Assembly (NCBI GenBank): GCA_040876345.1
Contig: JBBDPM010000001.1
Location: 192,314 to 256,313 of the forward strand
From: Candidatus Woykebacteria bacterium
Lineage (GTDB): Bacteria > Patescibacteriota > Microgenomatia > Woykebacterales > RBG-16-39-9b
Length of the DNA: 64,000 nt
Reading direction: 5' to 3'
The stretch's first letter is position 1. Each line of letters begins with the position of its first letter. The position numbers were made by a program, and so were the translations under genes. The notes beneath the pieces are model-generated. The model did no database searches. It was not told the origin of the DNA and saw only the letters and a list, made by a program, of their open reading frames with translations. Of the stretch, positions 8,438-17,867 are shown in pieces.

Positions 8438-9720
8438 TTAAATTCTTTTGACTCCTATTGTACAGCTACCAAAAAGACCAGTTAGAGTACCTCCTAGGTC
8501 AACGCTAACCCTGTCCCCGGCGGCTATAGTGGTCGGAGAAGAAATTAGCGTTCCACTAACAACTGTATTTATAGTTCCGGAGAGATTTATATTGCTGGTC
8601 AATTGAGATGTACCCGAACCTGGGGATTGTGTTCCCGTGTCAACTGTTAACTGCAGAGTTCCCAACAAGAGAGCTTTTACCGAATAGACGCATTTTACGC
8701 TGGTTAAACTATAGTTTGCATCAGCGATAAAGACAGTGTTATCAAGTAGTGAAGATAGTAGGTTAACACTGACAAAAAGCGTCTGCGGAACTATCGACCC
8801 TCCAACAGTCAAATTATCGGCAGTGGTGACAGATAAAGTCTTTCCAGATGATATTGTAGTGTTACCCGCTAACGTTATCGCCCCAGTTCCCGTATAAAAT
8901 GTGCCGGCTGAAGAAGACATATCAAAGTTTCCGTTGATAGATAAGTTACCAGTGCTGCCCCCATCAGCGATACTGAAAAGCGTGTTGGAACCATCACGGA
9001 AAACAATTGACCCAGTGTTACCCACGTCAATGTTAAAGGTAGTAGCTGTTGTAGTAAGGTTACCACCGTTTATGCCTAAATTTCCAGTTAAGGTACCACC
9101 AGATAAGGGTAGATAATTGGAAACTGTTATTAAATCAGAAATATTACTATCAGTAATGGAGCCAGTTATACTGCCAAATGATCCAAGGGCGAGAGTTAAT
9201 CCTAAATTACCCAGGGTACCCGAATTTAGAGCTGAAGCTGAAATTGAAGATCCGGATCCTAAGGTCAAAGTATCGGAAATATTTGTGTCTCCCATACTGC
9301 CAGGTTATTGACCCGAAACTTCCCAAAGCTAAAGTAACCCCAGCGTTACCAAACGTTCCCGAGTCTATGGCGGTAGACGATAGGGAAGAGGTTGGTCCAA
9401 CTGTTAGCACATTTGGTATATCAGAATCTGTCAAACCGCTAACACCAAAAACAGTCAAACTTCCCAACAACGTTCCACCCGCGAGAGGTAAATAACTCGA
9501 AGCCGTAATATTATCGGCAATATTTGAGTCAGCTAAAGTGCCGGAAACACTGCCAAACGACCCAAGGGCCAAGGTAATTCCGGAATTACCAAGCGTCCCG
9601 AAGAAATGTTTGAAGCGTTAAGTGAAGTAAGATTTGCACCGCTTAAGACTGGCAATAGACCAGAGCCATTAAGCTGAACAAGCTGACTGGCACCATTTCG
9701 GTTGATAATTCTGATGAGTT
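8438..9720 (-). pseudogene. phage-tail-fibre-like Gly/Thr/Ser-rich repeat protein, multiply frameshifted
   Basis: Repeated about 50-aa units (ALNSGTLGN.G.TLALGSFGSI.G...DSNI.D.IT.S.YLPL.GGTLTG.L). The YLPL(S/A)GGT(L/M)TG motif is characteristic of tail-fibre proteins. Reading frame changes at least three times (about 9290, about 9600, about 9720). No intact N-terminus. Confidence 0.5.
9150..9610 (-). repeat. tandem diverged DNA repeats (about 140-240 nt period) inside tail-fibre-like gene
   Basis: actgccaaa(c/t)ga(c/t)ccaagggc...aattacc recurs at about 9165, about 9305 and about 9545, encoding the LALGSFGSI..DSNI..YLPL unit. Confidence 0.5.
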
Positions 9721-9807
9721 ATCAGTTTTTACAAAGATGAAATAAAAGTTTCGTTTATCTACTACCCCTTCTCTCACTCCTTCCCAGTCGAAAAATTAGA
9801 CAATGAA

Positions 9808-10113
9808 TTGCAGCTTTTCTCAGTTAAGGACATAGCGGTTATTAAAGCTTACACCATTGGTAGAAGAGGTGAATATCGAGATTATTTTGATTTATATACG
9901 ATTCTGAAGAATGACTACATTAGGTTGCCCGAACTTATATCCAAAGCAAATAAAGTGTATGGTGGTGTTTTTGAGGAAAAGATATTTTTACAGCAGCTAG
10001 TGTATTTTGGTGATATTTTAAACTTTGGTATTACACCAACTACTGATCCCTCACCTAAAGAGGACGAAGTAAAACGTTTCTTCGAGGAATTAGCCAAAAA
10101 CTACTTACTTTGA
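9808..10113 (+). pseudogene. C-terminal remnant of AbiEii/DUF1814-type nucleotidyltransferase toxin
   Basis: 101 aa containing RDYFDLYTIL (compare the R-D-L-Y-D-L-Y block near the C-terminus of AbiEii family). No N-terminal NTase domain and no AbiEi partner upstream. Confidence 0.35.
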
Positions 10114-10117
10114 ATAG

Positions 10118-10957
10118 TTATTCTACCTTCTGCCAAATATCAGGTTTTATTCCTCTTGATTTGATCTGGTCGATCGTGGTGAGGTAAAAAGAAATGTTTG
10201 CTCCTTCTGAATCCAACTCCTTGACGATGAATTTTGAAAGAAATCCTTTGGTTACATAACTTGGGCAAATCATTAAAATTTTAGGAAAGGGATGCTTTGT
10301 ATTCTCTAGCCACTCATTTGAAAAGTAATATTCAATTAAATCTTTGATACGGCTCCGAAGAGCGTACCTTGGAACTTGCGGGCTGACCATCTCTTGAAAA
10401 TAGCGCCTAATTTCGTTATTTTCCTCCCAGGCGATGTAGGCGTTGGGTAAAGGCTGGGGAAGGTATTTGTGATCCTCAAGGTCAGTTTTAGTGAAAAGGT
10501 GGATTTTGCCTTTTGTTTCTTTTACCGCTTTTTGCAGATTCATAAAAATATCGGCTAGAAACATGCTTTGGTCTCTGAAGTACGGGGAGCGGGTCTTTTC
10601 CCGGTAGATGCGGTTTAATAAGTCTAAATTTATGTTCTTTTGCTCCTTCAAGATACTTCGGCTTTTGTTATCAAGAAAGTAGACTGCCGGTTTTGTGTTC
10701 TCACCAAGCTTTCGGGAGTAGGTTCTCGCTAAGACTCCTTTATCTGTTAACTTGGATAACCATGATCTAATACGACTGTGGTATTTGTGACTGAGCAAAG
10801 TCTGGATCTGTTGTCTGTTTAGAAAACGGAATCGGTAAAGTAGAAGAAGTATTTCAGTTTGTTTGTTAGTTACGGTCGGTGGTTGCACTAGTTTTAGGAA
10901 GGTTAGGACAGAGGCAGAGGTATTATTGATATTCCTCAAGTCGAGAGTATAGCACAC
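10118..10957 (-). CDS. replication-relaxation family protein (plasmid/mobile-element associated)
   Basis: N-terminal LTxxQxEILLLLYRFRFLNRQQI wHTH segment typical of the replication-relaxation (PF13814-like) family. 279 aa. Confidence 0.5.
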   Translation of the reverse strand: MCYTLDLRNINNTSASVLTFLKLVQPPTVTNKQTEILLLLYRFRFLNRQQIQTLLSHKYHSRIRSWLSKLTDKGVLARTYSRKLGENTKPAVYFLDNKSRSILKEQKNINLDLLNRIYREKTRSPYFRDQSMFLADIFMNLQKAVKETKGKIHLFTKTDLEDHKYLPQPLPNAYIAWEENNEIRRYFQEMVSPQVPRYALRSRIKDLIEYYFSNEWLENTKHPFPKILMICPSYVTKGFLSKFIVKELDSEGANISFYLTTIDQIKSRGIKPDIWQKVE

Positions 10958-11027
10958 CTCCCCCCTTCTTTAGAAGGGAAAGAGGTAAGGAAATTTGGAA
11001 AAATAGATTCAAAAATAGCCAAATTAT

Positions 11028-11048
11028 GTGTCAGAGCGCTGACACAAT
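11028..11048. promoter_or_regulatory. 8-bp inverted repeat TGTGTCAG-AGCG-CTGACACA upstream of replication-relaxation gene
   Basis: Perfect 8-bp arms with 4-nt spacer in the 570-bp non-coding region 5' of the 10118-10957 gene. Candidate operator/nick site. Confidence 0.3.
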
Positions 11049-11532
11049 TTGGGAAAACAAAGTAATAAACATCACTTATCGAACTCTATATTAGACCGTT
11101 GTATCAATCAATAATCACCTTTATAACTCCTGGTGTCCACTTTGGTGACCCTAACAACTCTGCAATTAAACACCTTGGTTCAGGTTCTGAAGGAATGGAA
11201 GGGTTTGAATATACTTGGAGGAATTGAGGCTAGTGATAGGTTAGGAAGTAATTACCTAAGTTGATTAGAATCGTAATTACTTTATACTTAAAAGTGAATA
11301 ATGGAAAACTATTTAATCAATTTATGAGGTAGGCTACCGAACGATGTCCGAACCTACTACAGCACATTATCTCAGAAAGATATTGCGTTCTTCAAGCATT
11401 CGTTTCTTCAACTCACTTAATTTTCCCTCGTGTAAAAATGTGAAGAAAATGTTTTTTAGTAACTCTGCGGTTTCTATTTCCTTTTGAATATTAGATCAGT
11501 TGTCAAAGTAGAAATTATGTGACTTTGAAGAA

Positions 11533-11922
11533 CTATTTATTAGGAGAAAATTCAATTATCCACTCAATACCGTATTTATCTCTAAACATACCCATATATG
11601 ATCCCATACCATCAGTCATAGGTACTTCTACATTACCTCCAGATGAAAGGCCATTAAATATTTTTTCTGCCTCTTCTTTACTTTCTGTACTTATTGCAAT
11701 TTTACTTCTATTTTCATTTTCATTTACTTGTCCCATACCTTCTGGAACATTATTTGCAATTAACATATTATCTTTACCAATAGGTAAGGTAATAAACATC
11801 ATTTTATTTTCATCTTTATCATTTAGTACTTTTCTAACATCCCCACCGAAAACCGATTTATAAAAATCAAATGCTTCTTCAGCATTACCGTTAAAGTTGA
11901 TCCAAGGATTTATTTTAATCAT
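11533..11922 (-). CDS. PhnB-like / VOC (glyoxalase-fold) family protein
   Basis: 129 aa. NFNGNAEEAFDFYKSVFGG... pattern of the PhnB/3-demethylubiquinone-9 methyltransferase-like VOC proteins. Markedly AT-rich relative to neighbours. Confidence 0.55.
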   Translation of the reverse strand: MIKINPWINFNGNAEEAFDFYKSVFGGDVRKVLNDKDENKMMFITLPIGKDNMLIANNVPEGMGQVNENENRSKIAISTESKEEAEKIFNGLSSGGNVEVPMTDGMGSYMGMFRDKYGIEWIIEFSPNK

Positions 11923-12011
11923 AGTTTAATAATATCAAATTATTGTAAATTTTAGAAGATGATTTGTATTTAAAAATAAAGAGATATATAAATCCATATT
12001 AAACTATATCG

Positions 12012-12350
12012 ATGGGTGAGGGACCACACAAACCACTTTGGTGGGTTTTAACTCTCACAATTCCAGTAATATTATATGTCGTTCGAAGACTTACAATTAA
12101 TAAAGGTGTAAATAGCTTACTTCCTTCGAATAAAGTCTCCTTTTTTATTATAGTAATTGGTTTGGTTTCATTGATTATTATTTTCTGGATTGGATATCAA
12201 ACTTATATACAAGTGGTTTTGAACAGATGCAAGAGTTATATGACTCAAGATGACAGAAAAGTGGTTAAATTAATTGACAGAACAGTCAAATATGGTGACC
12301 CCGGGGGGATTCGGACCCCCGATCTCCTGGATGAGAACCAGGTATCCTAG
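12012..12350 (+). CDS. small hypothetical membrane protein (3' part doubtful: runs antisense through the tRNA)
   Basis: ORF with 2 predicted TM helices; overlaps tRNA-Glu on opposite strand from 12293 onward. Confidence 0.2.
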   Translation: MGEGPHKPLWWVLTLTIPVILYVVRRLTINKGVNSLLPSNKVSFFIIVIGLVSLIIIFWIGYQTYIQVVLNRCKSYMTQDDRKVVKLIDRTVKYGDPGGIRTPDLLDENQVS

Positions 12351-12369
12351 GCCGCTAGACGACGGGGCC
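12293..12369 (-). tRNA. tRNA-Glu (anticodon CUC), CCA encoded
   Basis: Minus-strand sequence GGCCCCGTCGTCTAGCGGCCTAGGATACCTGGTTCTCATCCAGGAGATCGGGGGTCCGAATCCCCCCGGGGTCACCA. 7-bp acceptor stem (one G-U), D arm, anticodon loop TTCTCAT, T-arm GGGGG-TCCGAAT-CCCCC. Confidence 0.8.
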
Positions 12370-12389
12370 ACGATCATTTTGGCCGAGTA

Positions 12390-12418
12390 ATTATATTAAA
12401 AAATGGTTTGGAATGCAA
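12390..12418 (-). promoter_or_regulatory. sigma70-type promoter for tRNA-Glu
   Basis: On minus strand TTGCAT-17 nt-TATAAT, about 20 nt upstream of the tRNA 5' end. Confidence 0.5.
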
Positions 12419-12465
12419 TCTGAGTTGGGGTAGCGGGCAGACGCTCCGGAGAGAATCTGCCACAG

Positions 12466-13447
12466 CTATACCTCTCCATTCTCTTTCTTTCTTGCGTCTC
12501 CTCCTTTTCCGTTGCCGAGTCGCTCCCGACGCGTCTTACCGTAGAAGCCGGCGTATTCTGGGTGACCATTATCGATCATTAGCCGGGCGATCCTACGCAT
12601 AACTAGATCACATAGAGCCCGGTCTTCGCTAACGCCGTACCTCTTGCTGATCCGCTTGGCGCGCCGATCCCCCTCCTCATATGAGATTGGCTCACCGAAG
12701 ATGACGGTGACCTTGCTGAATGGGTGTGGACGCCAATTTCCAGGCCTCCACATCTTATCCGTTCCTATGAGGGCCATCGGCAGAATGTTCGTGTCAGGGT
12801 GACGTAGAGCAGTGGCTACTCCATCGTGGACCTTCTTCATACCCGGGACCAAGACACGAGTTGCTTCCGGGTAGATAAGTGTCCAGTAGCCCAACTTTAG
12901 AAACCTTCGTAGTTCCGGAAAAGCGGCCGTGTTGATCCGGTCCGCATTTCTCAGATGCTGTTTACGTTCCTTGCTTGTCAGTGTGCGTAGGAATTTCCTC
13001 TCCAGCATCTTTTCGGGGACGATGGGAATATAGTGGCCGCCTTCGGTTAACGAAGATCATGCCGATGACAGAACGGAACAAGTCTTCAGCGAGTTCTACC
13101 TCCCCTAGGAACCTGATGGCGGTTTGAGGGATGAACGCATCAGGCATCGCCTTGTGGTTACCGACCACTTGGGTGCCCCTTCCACTCGCCAAAGCCCCTT
13201 CAACGTTCTCGGCTCCCTTTACCACTAAGTTGCCGAGCCACCACTTTAAGTAGCCCAGCGGGAGGATAGCTGCCTTGGCGATTTGCCAAACGAGCTTATT
13301 ACGAGGATGAAACCCAGCTGGATCATCATCGTCAAGAAGCAGACCGGTCTTTGTATCCATCAACCATCTGCGTGTTAGCTCACCTACCGCGATTGTGAGA
13401 GCGGCGGTGGCAACCACGGATAGCCTGGACGCCGTTTGCTCACGCAT
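12466..13447 (-). pseudogene. PlsC-type (lysophospholipid) acyltransferase, frameshifted, in a GC-rich foreign block
   Basis: N-terminal part (12962-13447) has the HX4D motif (GNHKAMPD). C-terminal part (12466-13008) has YPEATR (compare FPEGTR) and ILPMALIG. The two are in different frames; shift near 13010-13030. G+C visibly about 55-60% versus about 38% elsewhere. Confidence 0.55.
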
Positions 13448-13558
13448 AGTGGCTCTCCCTTCCTTGAACTAACTGCCTGTAGATTTATCGACCCCTCAAC
13501 TAATCTACCATATGAATACTTGCCAGGCAAGATATATCCTAGAGTAAGCACTTATATA

Positions 13559-13587
13559 TTGACAATTTTGAAGCTGGGGAGTAGTAT
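13559..13587 (+). promoter_or_regulatory. candidate sigma70 promoter for greA
   Basis: TTGACA-17 nt-TAGTAT, about 60 nt upstream of greA. Followed by a (TA)7 tract at 13634-13648. Confidence 0.4.
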
Positions 13588-13646
13588 ACGTGCAAGTGTG
13601 CTGGCCTCGTTGTTAAAAGCGGGGTCTTTCTTTTATATATATATAT

Positions 13647-14126
13647 ATGATGCCTCAACTAAACATGAAAAACGAAGCCATTTACCTTACTTCAGAAGGT
13701 TTAAAAAAATTAAAAGACGAGTACGAAGAACTCACTAAAGTGAAAAGAAAAGAAATTACTGAGCGTATCTCCAAAGCTAGGGAATTTGGTGATATCAGTG
13801 AGAACTCCGAGTACGATACTGCCAGAGACGAGCAATCTTTTATCGAAGGTAGAATTTTAGAAATCGAGGAAATTCTTAAACACGCTAAGAAAATTAATGA
13901 AGGGGTAAAACACAGCCTTGTAGAAATGGGATCTCACGTTAAGGTTGAGGTAGATGGACATAATGATGATTTTGTTATCGTGTCTTCGGTAGAGGCTAAT
14001 CCGATCGAGGGCAAAATTTCCAACGAGTCCCCTGTGGGTAAAGCCCTTTTGGGTGCTAAGATTGGGGATGTTGTAACTGTAGCCTCATCGATCAAATCCA
14101 CCTTCAAAGTTCTTGATGTAAAGTGA
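13647..14126 (+). CDS. greA: transcription elongation factor GreA
   Basis: MKNEAIYLTSEGLKKLKDEYEEL...ISENSEYD coiled-coil plus FKBP-like C-terminal domain. True start may be the ATG at 13665. Confidence 0.85.
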   Translation: MMPQLNMKNEAIYLTSEGLKKLKDEYEELTKVKRKEITERISKAREFGDISENSEYDTARDEQSFIEGRILEIEEILKHAKKINEGVKHSLVEMGSHVKVEVDGHNDDFVIVSSVEANPIEGKISNESPVGKALLGAKIGDVVTVASSIKSTFKVLDVK

Positions 14127-14224
14127 GTTCAGGTATTTTGCTTATCAGTCCTCCAAAAATTAATTTCCATCAAGTATTGATTTCAGGTCAATAATTTTAT
14201 AGTATTTTAGTTGTCTAAATTCTT

Positions 14225-14854
14225 ATGAACGATTTAATAAAGTTTTTTGAAGAAATTGGCAGATTGAAACAAACTTCAAGGCGGGGTTGGCTACTGCGTA
14301 AGGTTGAATCACCAGAGAGTATAGCTGATCATAATTTTAGGCTGATTTTAATCGGCTGGATATTGCCAAAAATCAAGAAATACAGAATAAATTTTGGTAA
14401 GCTCACGAAGATGATTTTGGCCCATGATTTGTACCGACTTTATTATGGTGATGACACACCTTACGACTTTATGATAAAGAAGGATGATCAGGTTGATACT
14501 AAAATTTTTGAAAAATGGCCCCCACGGGAGCGTCCAGAGCGTATTGAAAAGGCTTTTGAGGAGAAAAGGAGGAAGTTAAAGGATTTTCTTGCGGATCTTC
14601 CAACAGATGTCAGAAAAGAAGTCTTAAATATGTGGGAAGAATTTGAGTTTGGCGGAAGTAACGAAGCTAAGTTTGCAAGACAATTAGACAGACTAGAGAC
14701 CCTCCTTCAGGCAATTCAATATGAGAGGGAAGGAAAAGAAGTAAATTCTTACCCTTTTTGGAGAGAGGTAAAAGAAACAGTCGACCACCCGATCCTTCTA
14801 GAGTTTATGGAAGAAATAGATAAATATTATTATTCCCCTTCGAAAAAGAAGTAA
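14225..14854 (+). CDS. HD-domain phosphohydrolase (YfbR-like)
   Basis: IADHNFRL...AHDLYRL H/HD/D metal-binding pattern. 209 aa. Confidence 0.55.
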   Translation: MNDLIKFFEEIGRLKQTSRRGWLLRKVESPESIADHNFRLILIGWILPKIKKYRINFGKLTKMILAHDLYRLYYGDDTPYDFMIKKDDQVDTKIFEKWPPRERPERIEKAFEEKRRKLKDFLADLPTDVRKEVLNMWEEFEFGGSNEAKFARQLDRLETLLQAIQYEREGKEVNSYPFWREVKETVDHPILLEFMEEIDKYYYSPSKKK

Positions 14855-14902
14855 CCTACTGCTGATTTCCAAAATAACTTAAATCTATTATACTAAGGAC
14901 GT

Positions 14903-16438
14903 ATGTTTTGGGCAGATATAGTTGCAAAAGAAGCAAAAATAAAAGAGCCAATACTTGTTAACGATGCTAAAACTCCTTCCGGGAAAATTCACGTTGGTTC
15001 CCTGCGTGGTGTGATGATTCACGATTTTGTTTATAAATCTTTTATAGGAGCAAGTAAAAAAGCTAGCTACACGTACCACTTTGATGATTTTGACCCGATG
15101 GATGCTTTGCCTGCAAACCTACCAAAGGAAAAATATGAAAAGTATATGGGGACCCCACTAAAAGATATTCCCGCACCGGAAGGAAGTGTTAGATACTCAG
15201 ACTACTATGCCGAAGATTTTATCAGAGTTTTTAACTCTCTTGGAGCGGAGCCAAAAATAATATGGGCGTTTAAAGACTTGTACAAAGCGGGGAAATTGGA
15301 TGGGGCGATAAAAATTGTGCTTGAAAATGCTACCAAAATTCAAGAAATTTACCATGAGATCTCCGGATCAAAAAAGGAGAAAGATTGGTATCCGTTTCAG
15401 CCAGTGTGCGAAAAATGCGGCAAAATTGGGACCACGAGAGTATTTGCCTGGGACGGCAAGGAAGTCAGTTATAAGTGCGAGAAAGAACTGGTGAAGTGGG
15501 CATTTGGCTGCGGCCACGAAGGTAAAGTGAGCCCTTTTGGTGGAAGCGGGAAAATTCCCTACAAGGTTGAATGGTCAGCAAAGTGGTTTGCACTTGGGGT
15601 TAACTTTGAAGGGGCGGGTAAGGATCACACCTCAAAAGGTGGAACTCGAGACGTGGCTAATCATATCGCCGAAGAGGTTTTTAAAATAGAGCCGCCTGAA
15701 GACCTTCCCTATGAATTCTTTATTTATGGGGGCCGGAAGATGAGCTCTTCTAAAGGGGTGGGTGCAAGTGCGTCTGACGTTGCTCAAATCCTACCACTAA
15801 ATCTATTGCGCTTTTTGATGGCCCGATTCCAGCCGAAAGTTGCTATTGATTTTGATCCAACTCGTTCTGATACAATTCCAAATTTATTTGACGAATATGA
15901 TCGGGCAAGAGAAGAATATTTCCAAGATGTAGAATCTGATTTGGGCAGGACTTTTGAGGCAGGTTACGTTGGCAAACCAGTGAAAGTTTTTACCACCCGT
16001 TTCTCGACTTTAGCCAATTGGTTAAGGCAACCAGGAATAAGTGTTGACGAGGAAGCAAAGAGAGCAAAAGGTGCAGATTTGAGCAAAGAAGAAAAAGACG
16101 CTTTGGAGGAACGCACTCATTATGCTCGGATTTGGTTGGAGAATTTCGCTCCAGATAATATGAAGCCTTTCAAGTTTTCTGAGAAAAAAGAAACTGCTTT
16201 GAGCGAAAAGCAACTAAAATTGCTTAGCGCCTTATCTAAAAGATTGGAAAAAGAGTTAGCAGATGAAGAAGTGCAAAATCAAATTTTCCAATTAGCCACA
16301 AGCTTTGGCTTGTCTCCCAAAGAAGCGTTTCAAACTCTTTATCAGGTTTTAATCGGTCAAACTCAAGGTCCGAGAATCTCGTCATTGATTACTGATCATA
16401 AAGAGAAAACCAAAGAAATTCTGAATAGATATGAGTGA
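14903..16438 (+). CDS. lysK: class I lysyl-tRNA synthetase
   Basis: 511 aa. HIGH-like KIHVGSLRG and KMSKS-like GRKMSSSKG motifs. Overall LysRS-I architecture (archaeal type). Confidence 0.8.
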   Translation: MFWADIVAKEAKIKEPILVNDAKTPSGKIHVGSLRGVMIHDFVYKSFIGASKKASYTYHFDDFDPMDALPANLPKEKYEKYMGTPLKDIPAPEGSVRYSDYYAEDFIRVFNSLGAEPKIIWAFKDLYKAGKLDGAIKIVLENATKIQEIYHEISGSKKEKDWYPFQPVCEKCGKIGTTRVFAWDGKEVSYKCEKELVKWAFGCGHEGKVSPFGGSGKIPYKVEWSAKWFALGVNFEGAGKDHTSKGGTRDVANHIAEEVFKIEPPEDLPYEFFIYGGRKMSSSKGVGASASDVAQILPLNLLRFLMARFQPKVAIDFDPTRSDTIPNLFDEYDRAREEYFQDVESDLGRTFEAGYVGKPVKVFTTRFSTLANWLRQPGISVDEEAKRAKGADLSKEEKDALEERTHYARIWLENFAPDNMKPFKFSEKKETALSEKQLKLLSALSKRLEKELADEEVQNQIFQLATSFGLSPKEAFQTLYQVLIGQTQGPRISSLITDHKEKTKEILNRYE

Positions 16439-16634
16439 ACGAATTATTACAACCGCCTTCAATAACGCGACAGCAAAAATGTTGGTTGAAAAACTGCAAA
16501 AAGCAGGAATTCCGGCTCGTGTAGGAACTGACAGCGCTTGGACCGGTGTAGGTGCAATTGAGCAATCGAGAACAGTGCTCGTGCCCGAAGAATATGAAAA
16601 AGAAGCTAGGGAAATAGTAGGAGAATTAGAGTAA
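16431..16634 (+). CDS. DUF2007-like small protein (putative signal-transducing PII-like fold)
   Basis: 67 aa. ...AKMLVEKLQKAGIPARV...VLVPEEYEKEAREIV pattern. Confidence 0.4.
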   Translation: MSERIITTAFNNATAKMLVEKLQKAGIPARVGTDSAWTGVGAIEQSRTVLVPEEYEKEAREIVGELE

Positions 16635-17867
16635 ATGTTGGACATTAAATTTATCAGGGAGAACAAAAAAATAGTTTGGGACTCGATCAAGAAGCGTCGA
16701 GTTGATATGGATATAGATCGTTTAATTGAAATTGATGATAAAAGACTTGAACTTATCAAAGTTGTCGAGCACTTAAGACGCGACCGTAGAGAGGCGGCTG
16801 AAAAAAAGGATATCGAAAAAGGCCGGAAAGTAAAGGAGAAATTGAATCGAGAGGAAGAATCCCTGCGAGCAGTCGAGCAAGAGCTTGATTTGTATCTTGA
16901 GCAAGCTCCAAACCTTATCTCCGATGAAGTTCCAGAAGGTGAAAGCGAGGCGGATAGCCAAGAAGTTAAAAGTTGGGGTGGTAAGCCTACATTTGACTTT
17001 AAACCAGCCGACCACGTTCAAATTGGAAAAGAGTTGAAAATAATCGATGAAGAATCTGCTGCAAAAGTTTCCGGCCACGGATTTTATTATCTAAAAGATG
17101 AAGGGGCCTTACTTGAGCTTGCGTTAGTTTCGTGGGTAGTTAATTTTCTTGTTAAGAAAGGCTATATGCCGACTATCACGCCCTCCCTTGTCCGGAAGAG
17201 ATTTGTTGAAGGGACTGGTTACCTGCCTCGTCGGGAGGAACCAGATATTTACAAGATTGAAGGTGAAGATCTCTATCTTGTCGCCACAGCTGAGATTACT
17301 TTAGCCGGATTACACTCAGACCAGATTCTAAATGAGGAGGACCTTCCCTTAAATTACGCTGGTTTTTCTCCGTCGTTTAGAAAAGAGGCGGGAAGTTATG
17401 GAAAATACGCTAAAGGAATTTTCCGAGTCCACCAATTTGATAAAGTAGAGATTTTCAAGTTTGTAAAGCCAGAGGATTCCACTAATGCCTTCAAAGAAAT
17501 TGTTTCCTTGGAAGAGGAGATATACCAAGCTTTAAAAATTCCCTATAGAATAGTCAACATTTGTTCTGGAGAGATGAGTGCGGCTGCTTATCTGAAGTAT
17601 GATATTGAATACTGGAGCCCAGCTGAAAAAGTGTATCGGGAAATAACATCAGCATCGAATACTACGGATTATCAGGCGAGGCGGTTGAATATCAAATACC
17701 GTAAAAAAGACGGCTCAACCGAATTTGTCCATACTCTCAACGGCACAGCCGTGGCCGTAAGCCGCACAATTGTTGCAATTTTAGAAAATTATCAATTGGA
17801 AGATGGATCTGTAAAAGTTCCTGAGGTTCTTTGTGATTTTCTTGGAAAAGACACTTTGGGAAGGTAG
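16635..17867 (+). CDS. serS: seryl-tRNA synthetase
   Basis: 410 aa. N-terminal coiled-coil arm and class-II core motifs (FRKEAGSYGKYAKGIFRVHQFDKVE, GSGEMSAAAY). Confidence 0.9.
   Translation: MLDIKFIRENKKIVWDSIKKRRVDMDIDRLIEIDDKRLELIKVVEHLRRDRREAAEKKDIEKGRKVKEKLNREEESLRAVEQELDLYLEQAPNLISDEVPEGESEADSQEVKSWGGKPTFDFKPADHVQIGKELKIIDEESAAKVSGHGFYYLKDEGALLELALVSWVVNFLVKKGYMPTITPSLVRKRFVEGTGYLPRREEPDIYKIEGEDLYLVATAEITLAGLHSDQILNEEDLPLNYAGFSPSFRKEAGSYGKYAKGIFRVHQFDKVEIFKFVKPEDSTNAFKEIVSLEEEIYQALKIPYRIVNICSGEMSAAAYLKYDIEYWSPAEKVYREITSASNTTDYQARRLNIKYRKKDGSTEFVHTLNGTAVAVSRTIVAILENYQLEDGSVKVPEVLCDFLGKDTLGR

Noticed and set aside
12012-12350. 112-aa ORF running through the tRNA-Glu gene
   Set aside because: Its last about 20 codons are antisense to the tRNA. 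Probably a shorter or spurious ORF.
13634-13648. (TA)7 microsatellite just upstream of greA
   Set aside because: Short and in an AT-rich leader. No evidence it modulates expression.
13436-13738. 100-aa ORF overlapping the greA promoter and start
   Set aside because: Low-complexity translation (FFYIYIYD from the TA microsatellite), overlaps the confidently called greA and a promoter. Spurious.
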